A stretch of DNA of 64,000 bases from an uncultured cyanobacterium. GTDB lineage: Bacteria > Cyanobacteriota > Cyanobacteriia > Cyanobacteriales > CAWCAG01. Below, piece by piece: positions 11,072 through 21,530 of this stretch (position 1 is its first letter; the number at the start of each line of letters is the position of its first letter). The stretch covers positions 416,001 through 480,000 of the forward strand of contig CAWDOD010000004.1 in NCBI GenBank assembly GCA_963803805.1, in the 5' to 3' direction. A program made the position numbers and the translations under genes. The notes under the pieces are model-generated. The model was given only the letters and a program-made list of their open reading frames with translations. It did no database searches and was not told where the DNA came from.

Positions 11072-11737
11072 CTAACTATAAACCCCTTCAATTTGCTTGG
11101 AAAGCTGCTGCATACAAAATCTAAAGTAATAACTTAGCCAACTTACAATTCCCAGTATTTTAAATCCTTCTTCAACAATATGATGTCCTGGCAAATTACT
11201 AGGACCCATATCAACAATTGTTGAGAGCAAGAAGCAGGCAATAGCTAATAAAATAAACAAAAAATCGGAATAAAAAATTGTTTTCCAGAATTTATAGATA
11301 AATCCAGAAATCAGTATTCCATAAAAGATAAAAACCAATAGCTCTGATAGGTTCTTCATTTTTCTGGGTATATCTCCAGAGCCGTACAAGATTAGATAAA
11401 AATTTTCATGAAGCAGAAACAAATCATCAAATAAAAGTAGCATTGATAAAAACCCGGATGATATTAGGAATAAAACTACCCGGCGCTTGCCCCTTGCTTC
11501 ACCATATCGTGAAATCAGGAATGAGCTAAACAAGCATATAGTTACGGTTGCACACCAAAATAAATTGCCAATTTGAGATAAGACACCGGTGTAAGGCGCT
11601 TGTTGGGCAAAGCCATTGGGATCTGCAACCAGTTGTTCGGGGTAAATACCAGTAGCTTTTGCTATGGAATAAGCTAGAACAATTAAGCAAATAACTGGAA
11701 GATAGACCTTCACTAGAGTTCGGAAAGGGACTGACAT
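11072..11737 (-). CDS. Multi-pass membrane protein of unknown function
   Basis: About 6 TM helices; FDDLFLLHE and HHIVEEGFK motifs. Confidence 0.7.
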   Translation of the reverse strand: MSVPFRTLVKVYLPVICLIVLAYSIAKATGIYPEQLVADPNGFAQQAPYTGVLSQIGNLFWCATVTICLFSSFLISRYGEARGKRRVVLFLISSGFLSMLLLFDDLFLLHENFYLILYGSGDIPRKMKNLSELLVFIFYGILISGFIYKFWKTIFYSDFLFILLAIACFLLSTIVDMGPSNLPGHHIVEEGFKILGIVSWLSYYFRFCMQQLSKQIEGVYS

Positions 11738-12047
11738 GGTATAGAAAAAACTGTAAACTTAATTTTGTTGAGTTAAACTAATCTTAACGTAACCATAACT
11801 TTAGCAAAAATTGCTGTCATTCTTCTTTCACAGAAAATAAAGGAAGAGTTTGTTACTACCGTTGCCCCAAAACTAAGCGTAAAAGTGCTTAAGCCCAAAA
11901 TAATACTAAGCTTGTTTAGAGAAATAATTAAGTAATTTGAAGTTTTTTTTCTTTTCCTTAATAAACTTTTCTTAACCCTCAGCTTATTTAGTTTAATGAA
12001 AAAGTTAACAAGAAATTAAATTTTGATTAAACTAAATTTAACAAAAC

Positions 12048-12779
12048 ATGAAACTAGCCATCACATACTTAGCTGTAGCTGTAGGGAATATAGTTTTTTT
12101 CACTTCACTATACATTCTGTTTCCTACCTTGAGAGATAATCTTGTTCAAGAAGACAAGTTTCTGGAAAATTTAACCGCTTTAGTCTTTTTCCAAGGTTTT
12201 ATTGTCGGTATGATTGGACTCTACAAATTCAAGAAACTACCCAATAAAAAACTTTATATTCTCATACCCTTAATTTCTTTGCTAGGTTTTCTAGACGAGT
12301 TAAGCTTTGGTGAAAGAATAGTCAATTTTCAAGCACCTGTAATTGCTGGACAAAAAATAGATGCAGCCCATGATTTTTTTAATTTGTTCTATAAGGTAGG
12401 TTACAAAAAGATCGTCTATCCGCAATTTGTTGAGCCTCTCACAGAGATCTTGTTAAACAACGCTTTCATATTATTTCTTTTAGCTATTTGCTTATTAGGG
12501 GTGATTTTTAAATATAGAAAACTATTGTTTATATACTTAGCATCTCTCTGGTCTAAATTGCAGGATCTATTTGGCAATAAGTGGTGGGCAAACTTACCCT
12601 TAAAATTCTCTCTCGTCGCTCTGATTTTTCTCTTTATTTCTACAGGAATTGAACTTCGCTTGTTTGGCAAGCTTCCCGAAAGGCAATTTATAGAAGAGTT
12701 ATCAGAAGTAAATATGGCAATAGGATTTTTGTTTGCTTCTCTTTCTTTATGGTATGGTTCAAGAATATTTAAGAACTAA
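12048..12779 (+). CDS. Multi-pass membrane protein of unknown function
   Basis: About 6 TM helices; EDKFLENLT, FLDELSFGER, FIEELSE motifs. Confidence 0.7.
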   Translation: MKLAITYLAVAVGNIVFFTSLYILFPTLRDNLVQEDKFLENLTALVFFQGFIVGMIGLYKFKKLPNKKLYILIPLISLLGFLDELSFGERIVNFQAPVIAGQKIDAAHDFFNLFYKVGYKKIVYPQFVEPLTEILLNNAFILFLLAICLLGVIFKYRKLLFIYLASLWSKLQDLFGNKWWANLPLKFSLVALIFLFISTGIELRLFGKLPERQFIEELSEVNMAIGFLFASLSLWYGSRIFKN

Positions 12780-12963
12780 ACAATAATACTAAACCAAACC
12801 AGGCTTAATTGCAGAGATTGTTCGTTAGGGTAAGCTAGAGGCCGTACCGCAGCATCAAGGAAACCATTGTATCTCATGTGCCATGTGATTTGTAATTGCT
12901 CTATTTCAGATGGCTTTAGTGCCGAAAAAAAGGTTAACTGGAATTAAAAAAATAACTTAAAGT

Positions 12964-13809
12964 TTAGGACTGCTTGAAGCGATGTTGGCGCAGTAAACCA
13001 TATTTGGGGGCAAACACCATAGCAGCAACAAAAAATACTGTTAGTAGTACCACAATGCAACCACCTGTTGGTACATCCAAATGATAACTAAAATAAACTC
13101 CTAACAGGCAAGATAAGACACTGCTAGCAACAGAAATCATTAGCATTCTCTCAAAGCGATCTGTTAATAAATAGGCTGTTGCCCCAGGAGTAACTAGCAT
13201 GGCTACCACTAAAACAATGCCTGCGGTTTGTAGGGCAGTAACAATAGTTAAAGCTAATACTGAGAGTAGAGTATAGTACATAAACTGGGTATTCAAACCA
13301 ATAGCCTTAGCATGATTGGGATCAAAACAAAATAACAATAGATCCTTGCGTCGTAAGGTGATTATTATCAAGGTAAGCAACCCGGCAATGAGAGTTTGCA
13401 GGATATCTTGGGGGGAAATCCCCAAAACGTTACCAAATAAGATATGAAATAAATCTATATTGCTAGGAATTTTTGTTGAGAGGACTAAGCCAAAAGCGAA
13501 AAAGCCTGTGAACACTACTCCAATTACCGCATCTTCTTTGAGGCGGGTTTTAGATTTTACATAACCGATTGCTACCGTTGCCCCAAAACCAAAGATAAAA
13601 GCACCTACAGCAAAAGGTATACCGAGTGCATAAGCTACTACTACCCCAGGTACAACAGCATGGGAAACGGCATCTCCCATCAATGACCAGCCTTTTAGGG
13701 TAATGTAACAAGATAGTACAGCACAAACTATACCAACAAAGGTGCTTACCCATAGGGCTTTAACCATAAAACCACTTTGCAATGGTACGACAAACCAATC
13801 TAATAACAT
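12964..13809 (-). CDS. mntB: Mn/Zn/Fe ABC transporter permease (MntB-like)
   Basis: SLMGDAVSHAVVPG, KEDAVIG, LFGNVLG, FDPNHA. Confidence 0.85.
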   Translation of the reverse strand: MLLDWFVVPLQSGFMVKALWVSTFVGIVCAVLSCYITLKGWSLMGDAVSHAVVPGVVVAYALGIPFAVGAFIFGFGATVAIGYVKSKTRLKEDAVIGVVFTGFFAFGLVLSTKIPSNIDLFHILFGNVLGISPQDILQTLIAGLLTLIIITLRRKDLLLFCFDPNHAKAIGLNTQFMYYTLLSVLALTIVTALQTAGIVLVVAMLVTPGATAYLLTDRFERMLMISVASSVLSCLLGVYFSYHLDVPTGGCIVVLLTVFFVAAMVFAPKYGLLRQHRFKQS

Positions 13810-13827
13810 CTTTTTCCCCAGGAGAAT

Positions 13828-14832
13828 TTAAAGAGCAAAACCTAAAGCCTTTTTTACCCTAATCAGAGTTGCTTGTGCCACGGTTTCTGCTTTTTGTTGC
13901 CCTTCTTTTAAGATAGATTGCAAATAACCTTTCTCTTCTTTTATCTCTTGATACTTCTGTTGAATTGGTTGTAAAGTAGCAATAGTCGCTTCTGTTAATA
14001 GGGGTTTAAATTGTCCCCAACCCATACCTTCAGCTTCTGCTGCTACCGCTTCTTTAGTTTGATCAGAAAGTAAAGTATAAAGAGTTAAAAGATTATGACA
14101 TTCTGGTCTTTCAGGATCATCAAAAGCTAAACCTTTAATGGGGTCAGTTTTTGAGCGTTTAACTTTTTTAGTGATTACTTCGGGAGGATCAAGAAGGTTA
14201 ATGCGACTTAAATCTGAAGGATCAGATTTAGACATCTTCTTTGTACCATCGCTTAAACTCATAATCCTCGCCCCTTCTTTACGGATCAAAGGTTCAGGAA
14301 GTTTTAAAACCGGCTGTTTTTTCTTACCAAAACGGTCATTAATTCTAATGGCAATGTCGCGAGTTAGTTCTAAATGCTGTTTTTGATCTTCCCCTACAGG
14401 TACTTTATCTGTATCGTAAAGCAAAATATCCGCTGCCATCAGCACCGGATAATCTAACAAACCAACACTAACATTTTCCCCTTGCTTAAGGGCTTTTTCC
14501 TTAAACTGGATCATTCTTTCTAACCAGTTAAGGGGAGTAATGCAATTAAGTAACCAAGTTAACTCACTATGGGCAGTAACTTGAGATTGAATAAAAAAGG
14601 TTGAACAAGAAAGATCAATGCCACAAGCAAGACAAATAGCAGCAATATCTAATGTATCTTCTGCCAGACGTTTAGGATCATGGGGGACAGTAATCGCGTG
14701 TAAATCCACCACACTAAAAAAGTTTTCATAATCACTCTGTAATTCAACCCAATTACGAATTGCTCCAAAATAGTTACCTAAATGGGGGTTTCCGGTAGGT
14801 TGAATGCCAGAAAATACTCGCTTTTTAGCCAT
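13828..14832 (-). CDS. trpS: Tryptophan--tRNA ligase
   Basis: SGIQPTG, HLGN, VGEDQKQH, KMSKS. Confidence 0.97.
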   Translation of the reverse strand: MAKKRVFSGIQPTGNPHLGNYFGAIRNWVELQSDYENFFSVVDLHAITVPHDPKRLAEDTLDIAAICLACGIDLSCSTFFIQSQVTAHSELTWLLNCITPLNWLERMIQFKEKALKQGENVSVGLLDYPVLMAADILLYDTDKVPVGEDQKQHLELTRDIAIRINDRFGKKKQPVLKLPEPLIRKEGARIMSLSDGTKKMSKSDPSDLSRINLLDPPEVITKKVKRSKTDPIKGLAFDDPERPECHNLLTLYTLLSDQTKEAVAAEAEGMGWGQFKPLLTEATIATLQPIQQKYQEIKEEKGYLQSILKEGQQKAETVAQATLIRVKKALGFAL

Positions 14833-14905
14833 GTTAATTTTGAAGTTTACTACTTAATAACTGCCCAAGAATTTTGATTATATCCCTTTTCTTAGGAGTA
14901 AACTT

Positions 14906-15400
14906 ATGTACAGTATGAGCGATGGTGCAAAAGTTGCCAGACAAGCAACCAGAGACATTGAAACCTGGCTGCGGAGTATCTCTCAAACTCTTAGTGTCGT
15001 TAACGTAGAAGATGATCCTCTGTATCAAAAAGTAGATGTAGATTTAATCCTAAATACAAAAAAAGGTTCCTACAAAATTGAGATAAAAGGCGATCGCTAC
15101 CATAAAACAGGCAACTTTTTCTTTGAAACCCACAGTAACCAGGAAAAAGAAACTCCCGGCTGCTTTCTTTATACTGAAGCCGACTGGATTTTTTACTACT
15201 TCGTTATTCCTGGCACTCTTTACCTGCTACCTATGCCAACAACAAGAGATTGGTTTGTTGCTAACATTACCCGCTTTCAAGAAAGAGCAACCACTACCAA
15301 AACTGGTAACAGTTTTTATACTACCCTAGGAAGACTGGTTCCTATTACCGATGTCCGCACAGAAGTAGAAAAAGTACAGCAATTTAGTCTCCCAAAATGA
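14906..15400 (+). CDS. Hypothetical protein with PD-(D/E)XK-like fold
   Basis: VDVDLIL...IEIKGD...FFFE pattern. Confidence 0.55.
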   Translation: MYSMSDGAKVARQATRDIETWLRSISQTLSVVNVEDDPLYQKVDVDLILNTKKGSYKIEIKGDRYHKTGNFFFETHSNQEKETPGCFLYTEADWIFYYFVIPGTLYLLPMPTTRDWFVANITRFQERATTTKTGNSFYTTLGRLVPITDVRTEVEKVQQFSLPK

Positions 15401-15403
15401 AAA

Positions 15404-15916
15404 CTAGTCGGGTAAGCTAGACTTAAACTGTTCTAAAGCCATAGGAGTGAGGGTAACTTTAATATCTAATTGTTGCTTCTTGTCTCGCATCAAAAAAACA
15501 AAATTCTCTCCCACTTTATCCCCGACAAATTGCGGATCTTTTAGTTCAATTTTTTGATAAATAAGCTGGGGATTAGCGATGCGGATCACGATTTGAGGCT
15601 GAGATTGTGGATAGACATAAAGTTTCTGATTTTTGGGGTCAAAAGTAAGCTGGCGGGGAGTCATATTACGCTCATCTTCAGAACCAGATTTGCGCCAATA
15701 CAAAGTGATACCACGAACTTGAGGATTTTCAATAGTTAACTTTTCATCAAACTTCTGCTTTTCCCAATTGATATCACTCAGACTGCCACTTTCCGGGATT
15801 AATCTTTGGGCCCAGGCAATCTCTCCTAAGCTTTCCCACCACTGACTAATAGTAGCAAAATTCTCTGCTCCTTGAGGATCATTACTATTAGCCTCCCAAG
15901 TAAATTGCTCTTCCAT
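15404..15916 (-). CDS. Hypothetical protein
   Basis: 170-aa ORF with ATG; no recognised motif. Confidence 0.65.
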   Translation of the reverse strand: MEEQFTWEANSNDPQGAENFATISQWWESLGEIAWAQRLIPESGSLSDINWEKQKFDEKLTIENPQVRGITLYWRKSGSEDERNMTPRQLTFDPKNQKLYVYPQSQPQIVIRIANPQLIYQKIELKDPQFVGDKVGENFVFLMRDKKQQLDIKVTLTPMALEQFKSSLPD

Positions 15917-16002
15917 AATTTTCGGCTCATCAAAAGATTTTTTTAACTTAGAATTATTGCTAGTTTAATCTCTCGTGCTACAATAACAAAGGACTGAAAA
16001 AA

Positions 16003-16076
16003 CGGGGCGTAGCGCAGCTTGGTAGCGCACCACTTTGGGGTAGTGGGGGTCGTGGGTTCAAATCCCGCCGCTCCGA
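16003..16076 (+). tRNA. tRNA-Pro(GGG)
   Basis: CGGGGCG acceptor stem, anticodon arm CCACT-TTGGGGT-AGTGG, T-loop GGTTCAAATCC; CCA not encoded. Confidence 0.96.
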
Positions 16077-16261
16077 CTTAACAAATCGACAAAAAGCACC
16101 CCAAAAAAGCTTTCTCATTTTTACAATATGGGAAGGCTTTTGTTTTCAAGAGTTAATAGTTTTCTCCTTAGATAGCAGACAACAACTAACCCTTGACCTA
16201 ATATTATGAATATTTAGCCGGATTTAGATATTCTCTTAAAAGGAACAAGCAAGGAACAAGC

Positions 16262-17752
16262 ATGGCATCCATTCGCGAGTTGCACAAACAACTGGTTCGT
16301 AAAGAACGCTCAGCAGTTGAAGTTACCACAGAAACTTTAGAGCATATAAAGGCCTTAGAGCCGAAACTCCAAAGCTTTTTGTGTATAACAGCAGATTTAG
16401 CCCTAGAAACCGCAAAACAGGTGGATGCGAAAATTGCTGCTGGGGAAGAAATTAGCTTACTAGCAGGAATTCCCATTGGCATAAAAGACAATATGTGTAC
16501 CCAAGGTATTCCTACTACCTGCGCTTCCCAAATCTTAAAAAACTTTGTCCCTGCTTACGAATCAACAGTTACCCAAAAATTAAAGAATGCGGGGGCTGTT
16601 ATGGTTGGCAAAACTAACTTAGATGAATTTGCCATGGGTAGTTCCACAGAAAACTCTGGCTACCAAACTACTAGCAATCCTTGGGATTTATCACGAGTAC
16701 CAGGAGGCTCCTCTGGAGGCTCAGCAGCAGCCGTCGCTAGTCAAGAATGTGTGGTTGCCCTTGGTTCCGATACAGGTGGCTCCATTCGTCAGCCTGCCTC
16801 CCTGTGTGGGGTTATTGGCATGAAACCTACCTACGGTTTAGTTTCCCGTTACGGTTTAGTTGCCTATGCCTCTTCTTTAGATCAAATTGGTCCTTTAGCC
16901 ACCTGCGTTGACGATGCAGCTATTTTATTGGGGGCGATCGCCGGTTACGATCCCATGGACTCCACTAGTTTAAAGGTGGAAATTCCCGACTATAGCAATT
17001 TGCTTAAACCGAACTTTCAGCCTAAAGGAAGATTGAGAATTGGCGTAATTAAAGAAACCTTTGGTAGCGCCGTAGATTCAGCCGTAGAAGAAGCAGTCAA
17101 AACCGCTATTGAGAAGTTGCAAGAATTAGGGGCAGAAATTCAAGTAATTTCCTGTCCTCGCTTTCGTTACGGCTTGCCAGCTTACTATATTATTGCCCCT
17201 AGTGAAGCCTCTGCTAACCTAGCCCGTTACGACGCTGTTAAATATGGCATACGCAGCGATGCAGACAATCTCCTTGATATGTATACCCAAACCAGGGCTG
17301 AAGGGTTTGGTACAGAAGTTAAACGGCGAATCATGCTCGGAACCTATGCCCTTTCTGCTGGTTATTATGATGCTTATTATCTCAAGGCCCAAAAAGTTCG
17401 TACCTTAATTAAACAAGATTTTGAAGCAGCTTTTGAAAAGGTTGATATTTTGGTTTGTCCCACTTCTCCTACCACCGCCTTTAAAGCTGGGGAAAAAACC
17501 ACCGATCCTCTAAGTATGTATGCCTCTGATCTGATGACAATTCCTGTTAATTTAGCAGGCTTACCTGCCCTCAGCATACCCTGTGGCTTTGATAAACAGG
17601 GATTGCCCATCGGGATGCAATTTATTGGTAAAGTGCTACGAGAAGATTTGTTACTGCAAGTTGCTTATGCCTATGAGCAATCTACGGATTGGCATTTTAG
17701 CAAAGCACCTATTTCAATAATGCCTAACGGCAACGGCAAAGCCTTACAATGA
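16262..17752 (+). CDS. gatA: Asp/Glu-tRNA amidotransferase subunit A
   Basis: [36 protein letters not shown]. Confidence 0.97.
   Translation: MASIRELHKQLVRKERSAVEVTTETLEHIKALEPKLQSFLCITADLALETAKQVDAKIAAGEEISLLAGIPIGIKDNMCTQGIPTTCASQILKNFVPAYESTVTQKLKNAGAVMVGKTNLDEFAMGSSTENSGYQTTSNPWDLSRVPGGSSGGSAAAVASQECVVALGSDTGGSIRQPASLCGVIGMKPTYGLVSRYGLVAYASSLDQIGPLATCVDDAAILLGAIAGYDPMDSTSLKVEIPDYSNLLKPNFQPKGRLRIGVIKETFGSAVDSAVEEAVKTAIEKLQELGAEIQVISCPRFRYGLPAYYIIAPSEASANLARYDAVKYGIRSDADNLLDMYTQTRAEGFGTEVKRRIMLGTYALSAGYYDAYYLKAQKVRTLIKQDFEAAFEKVDILVCPTSPTTAFKAGEKTTDPLSMYASDLMTIPVNLAGLPALSIPCGFDKQGLPIGMQFIGKVLREDLLLQVAYAYEQSTDWHFSKAPISIMPNGNGKALQ
17721..17748 (+). repeat. Short dispersed repeat (TGCCTAACGGCAACGGCAA...), copy 1
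   Basis: Near-identical copies at 23444 and 28419; split copy at 59525/59677. Confidence 0.8.
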
Positions 17753-17868
17753 TCATTGATTCAGTATATGGCTTGCGGTTATTCATTGTGTTAGGTTTTT
17801 TGCGAGTGCAGTTGAGGGCAGTGTCGTAAACTTGATTTGCATTGTACTGGTCAGGATTGATACAAGAA

Positions 17869-19389
17869 ATGGAAGATTGGACTCAGGGTTACGTTGCCGA
17901 TGTCAGCTATGACTATAGTTTTTTTCCCGAACTAGCCCCCATTAACATTGCTTTCAACCTTCTAGATAGTCGGTTTTGGCCGCCATCCCTAGAGAAAGTT
18001 AACTACTGTGAGTTAGGCTGTGGCCAAGGGTTCACAACCAATGTCCTAGCCGCTGCTAACCCACAGAGTGAATTCTGGGGACTCGACTTCAATCCCACCC
18101 ATGCAGCAGAAGCCCAGCGTCTCGCTGAAGCTGCTAACCTCAAGAATATCCACTTCTGTGATCAGAGTTTTGCAGAGTTTCTCAAAACGGATACGCCTCA
18201 ATTTGACTTCATCACCTTACATGGCGTGTATTCCTGGATTAACGATGATAATCGACGTATTCTTGTTGACTTACTGCGACAAAAACTGAAATTTGGAGGT
18301 GCTGTTTATCTCAGCCATAATACCCTACCAGGTTGGTCAGCAATAATGCCTTTAAGAGAACTCATGGTGCAATATGCAGGTAGCACCAGTAATTCAAGTA
18401 TTGGGAAGGTAGAAAAAGGACTTAAATTTGCTCAACATCTCCAAACCCTTAAAGCTAGATATTTCCTAGAAAATCCTGTGGTTAAGCAAGATTTAAAAGA
18501 GATGCAGGGAGATTCCCGAAATTACCTAGCCCATGAATACTTCAACAATAATTGGCGACCTTTATACCATTTTGAAGTGGCACAGCAACTGGCTGAGGCT
18601 AAACTCACCTTTGCTACCTCAGCAGATATTGATGATCAATTCCATGATCTGAAACTGGATAAAAGTCAGTTAAATCTTTTGTCAGAGACGACAGATTTAA
18701 CCCTACGTCAAACTATCAGAGACTTTTTATTCAATACTCGCTTTCGCAGGGATCTTTATATCAAGGGGCCAATTAAGCTACCAGCTTTGGAACAAGTTGA
18801 AATTCTCAGTAATTTTCGCTTTGCTCTAGTTGTTGATCCAGAAGATATCGAATATGAAATTGACCTTGTTGGTCGCCCAATTAGGCTGGATCAGAAAATC
18901 TATCAACCTCTGATTGCGGCCCTAGCAGAGCGTCCCCAGACCCTCAGAGAGCTGATGAGACAACCTGCTTTAACAAAGCTAGATTTCGCCTCTATTGTGC
19001 AAGCACTGAAAATATTGATAACCAACTATAGTGCTGTTCCTGCCTTACCAGAGGAAGGGGAAGCGGAGCGGAAAGAGTCTGTAGCTGGCTTTAATGCTGC
19101 TGTCCTGAAGCGGGCTAGGTTTGGGGCCGATACACAAATTCTTGCCTCACCAACGACGGGAAGTGGCATCGATATTAGTCGCTCTGAACAACTCCTGCTG
19201 TTGGCTCATCTGCGTCAGGGAGATCCGGTGCAGTTTATCTGGAATATTTTGCAGGTTCAAGGAGAAAGGCTGATTAAAGATGGCAAACCTCTAGATTCCC
19301 CAGAGGCGAATCAAGCTGAGTTAAAGGAGCAGATTCAACAATTTGGAAGGACCCGTTTACCCTTACTAAAGCGTTTAGGATTAGTCTAA
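17869..19389 (+). CDS. Class I SAM methyltransferase with methyltransferase regulatory domain
   Basis: ELGCGQG, FDFITLHGVYSW, NTLPGW, YLAHEYFN, FRRDLY. Confidence 0.85.
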   Translation: MEDWTQGYVADVSYDYSFFPELAPINIAFNLLDSRFWPPSLEKVNYCELGCGQGFTTNVLAAANPQSEFWGLDFNPTHAAEAQRLAEAANLKNIHFCDQSFAEFLKTDTPQFDFITLHGVYSWINDDNRRILVDLLRQKLKFGGAVYLSHNTLPGWSAIMPLRELMVQYAGSTSNSSIGKVEKGLKFAQHLQTLKARYFLENPVVKQDLKEMQGDSRNYLAHEYFNNNWRPLYHFEVAQQLAEAKLTFATSADIDDQFHDLKLDKSQLNLLSETTDLTLRQTIRDFLFNTRFRRDLYIKGPIKLPALEQVEILSNFRFALVVDPEDIEYEIDLVGRPIRLDQKIYQPLIAALAERPQTLRELMRQPALTKLDFASIVQALKILITNYSAVPALPEEGEAERKESVAGFNAAVLKRARFGADTQILASPTTGSGIDISRSEQLLLLAHLRQGDPVQFIWNILQVQGERLIKDGKPLDSPEANQAELKEQIQQFGRTRLPLLKRLGLV

Positions 19390-19457
19390 TTTAGTTCTTG
19401 GTAATACCTGAATAAATTTGTGGGTTACTGATATAGAATAATAGATTAAAAAACAAC

Positions 19458-21359
19458 TTACTCCACAGTCACTGACTTAGCTAAATTACGAGGCTGATCC
19501 ACATCTAAACCCCGCCTTGCCGCAATGTGATAGGAAAGCAGTTGTAAAGGAATAACTGCCAGGATTGGGGAAAGTAACTCTTCTACTACTGGAACAGATA
19601 GAATATCATCAAAAGTTTCCACTGCTTCAGAGTCTTCCCCTGGGGCAACACCAATTAAGCGAGAATCCCTTGCCTTGGCTTCTTGGGCATTAGAAATCAC
19701 TTTCTCATAAACCATTCCTGGCATAGCGATCGCCACTACAGGAACTTTATCATCCAACAGGGCAATGGGACCATGTTTCATTTCTCCAGCAGGGTAGCCT
19801 TCAGCGTGAATGTAGCTGATTTCTTTGAGTTTCAAAGCCCCTTCTAAAGCAATGGGGTAGTTGATGCCTCTACCTAAAAAGATGAAGTCGCGGGTATCAC
19901 TAAATTCATGGGCTAACTCTTCAATTTGCGACTCTTGGGTAGTAAGAATTTCTTCCATTTGCCCTGGTAATTGCCGTAAACCAGCGATAATTACTCCTAA
20001 ACGTTCTGGGGTAATGGTTTTACGTTGATAAGCTAAATCTAAAGCAAGGAAGTAAAAAGCCATTAATTGGGCGTTGAAGGTTTTAGTTGCGGCGACACCA
20101 ATTTCAATACCGGCATGGGTATTAATAATTTGCCCTACCATTTGGGCAATAGTACTTTCAGGACGATTAGTAATACCTAACAAACGGGCTTGGAAATGGG
20201 GTTCTAAAGCTTTACGACGTTCCTTTTCCGTTTCTAAAGCGGCGATGGTATCGGCAGTTTCTCCTGACTGGGTTACGCCGATGGTGAGGGTATTCGCAGC
20301 GATGGGGGAAGGGGCATAACGAAATTCTGAGGAATATTGAACGATGGTGGGAATGCCTGCTAACTGTTCCAGAAGATATTTACCAACTAAACTAGCGTGC
20401 CAACTTGTGCCACAAGCGAGAATTTGGATTTGTTGAATATTTGCTACTAAGCCCTCATCTAAGGCTAAATTGATGGGAGCTACATCAGGATTTTCTTGAG
20501 GATGCCAGAGAGGGTTAAGATAAGCTTCGATACAAGTACGCACTACTCCTGGTTGCTCATAAATTTCTTTAAGCATATAGTGGCGGAAGCCTTGCTTTTC
20601 CACCAAGATGGGGTTTAAATCTAAAGTGCGAGGAGTTTTGCGGAGGCGGTTTCCCTCTAAATCGTAGACTTCTACTCCCATGGGAGTTAGTTTGGCAATT
20701 TCCCCATTTTCTAAGGTGAGGACGGCATGGGTATGGGGAACAATGGCGGGGGTATCAGAGGCACAGAAGAATTCTCCTTGTCCAAAACCAATGGATAAAG
20801 GTGCTTGTTGCCGCACAACAATTAATTCATCGGCGTAGTCAGCGCAAACCACAGCAATAGCAAAGGCTCCTTTAAGTTTACTAACAGCCATTCTTACGGC
20901 TTCTAAAAAGGGGCTAGGTTCGCGAAAATCAGTAGGAGGGGTTGCGGGCAAAAATTGGGAAATGAGGTGGGGAATAACTTCTGTGTCGGTTTCAGAGAGG
21001 AATTGGCAACCTTGCTTCTTCAGGCTTTCTCGTAGTTCCCGATAATTTTCCACAATACCATTTTGTACCACTGCTACTCGCTTTTTGGTATCTAAGTGGG
21101 GGTGGGCATTATGTTCTTCTGGTTTACCGTGGGTAGCCCAACGGGTATGTCCAATACCTATTTTTGCTGGGTTGACTTCCCTTTCTACTTTTTCTCGGAG
21201 ATTAAAAAGTTTACCCTTAGCCCGAACACAATTGATTTCTCCTTCTAATACCGTAGCTACTCCTGCTGAGTCATAACCGCGATATTCGAGTTTCTCCAAG
21301 CCTGCAATTAAGATGTCGGTAGCTACTTGAGTGCCGATATAGCCCACAATTCCACACAT
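19458..21359 (-). CDS. glmS: Glutamine--fructose-6-phosphate aminotransferase
   Basis: MCGIVG, LEYRGYDSAG, GHTRWATHG, PRNLAKSVTVE. Confidence 0.98.
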   Translation of the reverse strand: MCGIVGYIGTQVATDILIAGLEKLEYRGYDSAGVATVLEGEINCVRAKGKLFNLREKVEREVNPAKIGIGHTRWATHGKPEEHNAHPHLDTKKRVAVVQNGIVENYRELRESLKKQGCQFLSETDTEVIPHLISQFLPATPPTDFREPSPFLEAVRMAVSKLKGAFAIAVVCADYADELIVVRQQAPLSIGFGQGEFFCASDTPAIVPHTHAVLTLENGEIAKLTPMGVEVYDLEGNRLRKTPRTLDLNPILVEKQGFRHYMLKEIYEQPGVVRTCIEAYLNPLWHPQENPDVAPINLALDEGLVANIQQIQILACGTSWHASLVGKYLLEQLAGIPTIVQYSSEFRYAPSPIAANTLTIGVTQSGETADTIAALETEKERRKALEPHFQARLLGITNRPESTIAQMVGQIINTHAGIEIGVAATKTFNAQLMAFYFLALDLAYQRKTITPERLGVIIAGLRQLPGQMEEILTTQESQIEELAHEFSDTRDFIFLGRGINYPIALEGALKLKEISYIHAEGYPAGEMKHGPIALLDDKVPVVAIAMPGMVYEKVISNAQEAKARDSRLIGVAPGEDSEAVETFDDILSVPVVEELLSPILAVIPLQLLSYHIAARRGLDVDQPRNLAKSVTVE

Positions 21360-21530
21360 GATCCCCTTCACTCCTACTCTGGTTTCGATTCAGACTTCAA
21401 ACATTTTAGGTGGTATTCGGGATAATTGATAATTGACAATTATTGAATCTGTGTGTCTTTTGATACCTTTACTAAATCAGCAAATAGCCATTAACGGGGA
21501 AATCTGACTGTTTGGGAAGGCGATCGCAAT

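Noticed and set aside
16003-16260. tRNA-Pro as an integration site for an island
   Set aside because: No integrase and no duplicated tRNA 3' end seen; gatA follows directly
21360-21530. glmS ribozyme upstream of glmS
   Set aside because: No recognisable conserved core; short AT-rich spacer
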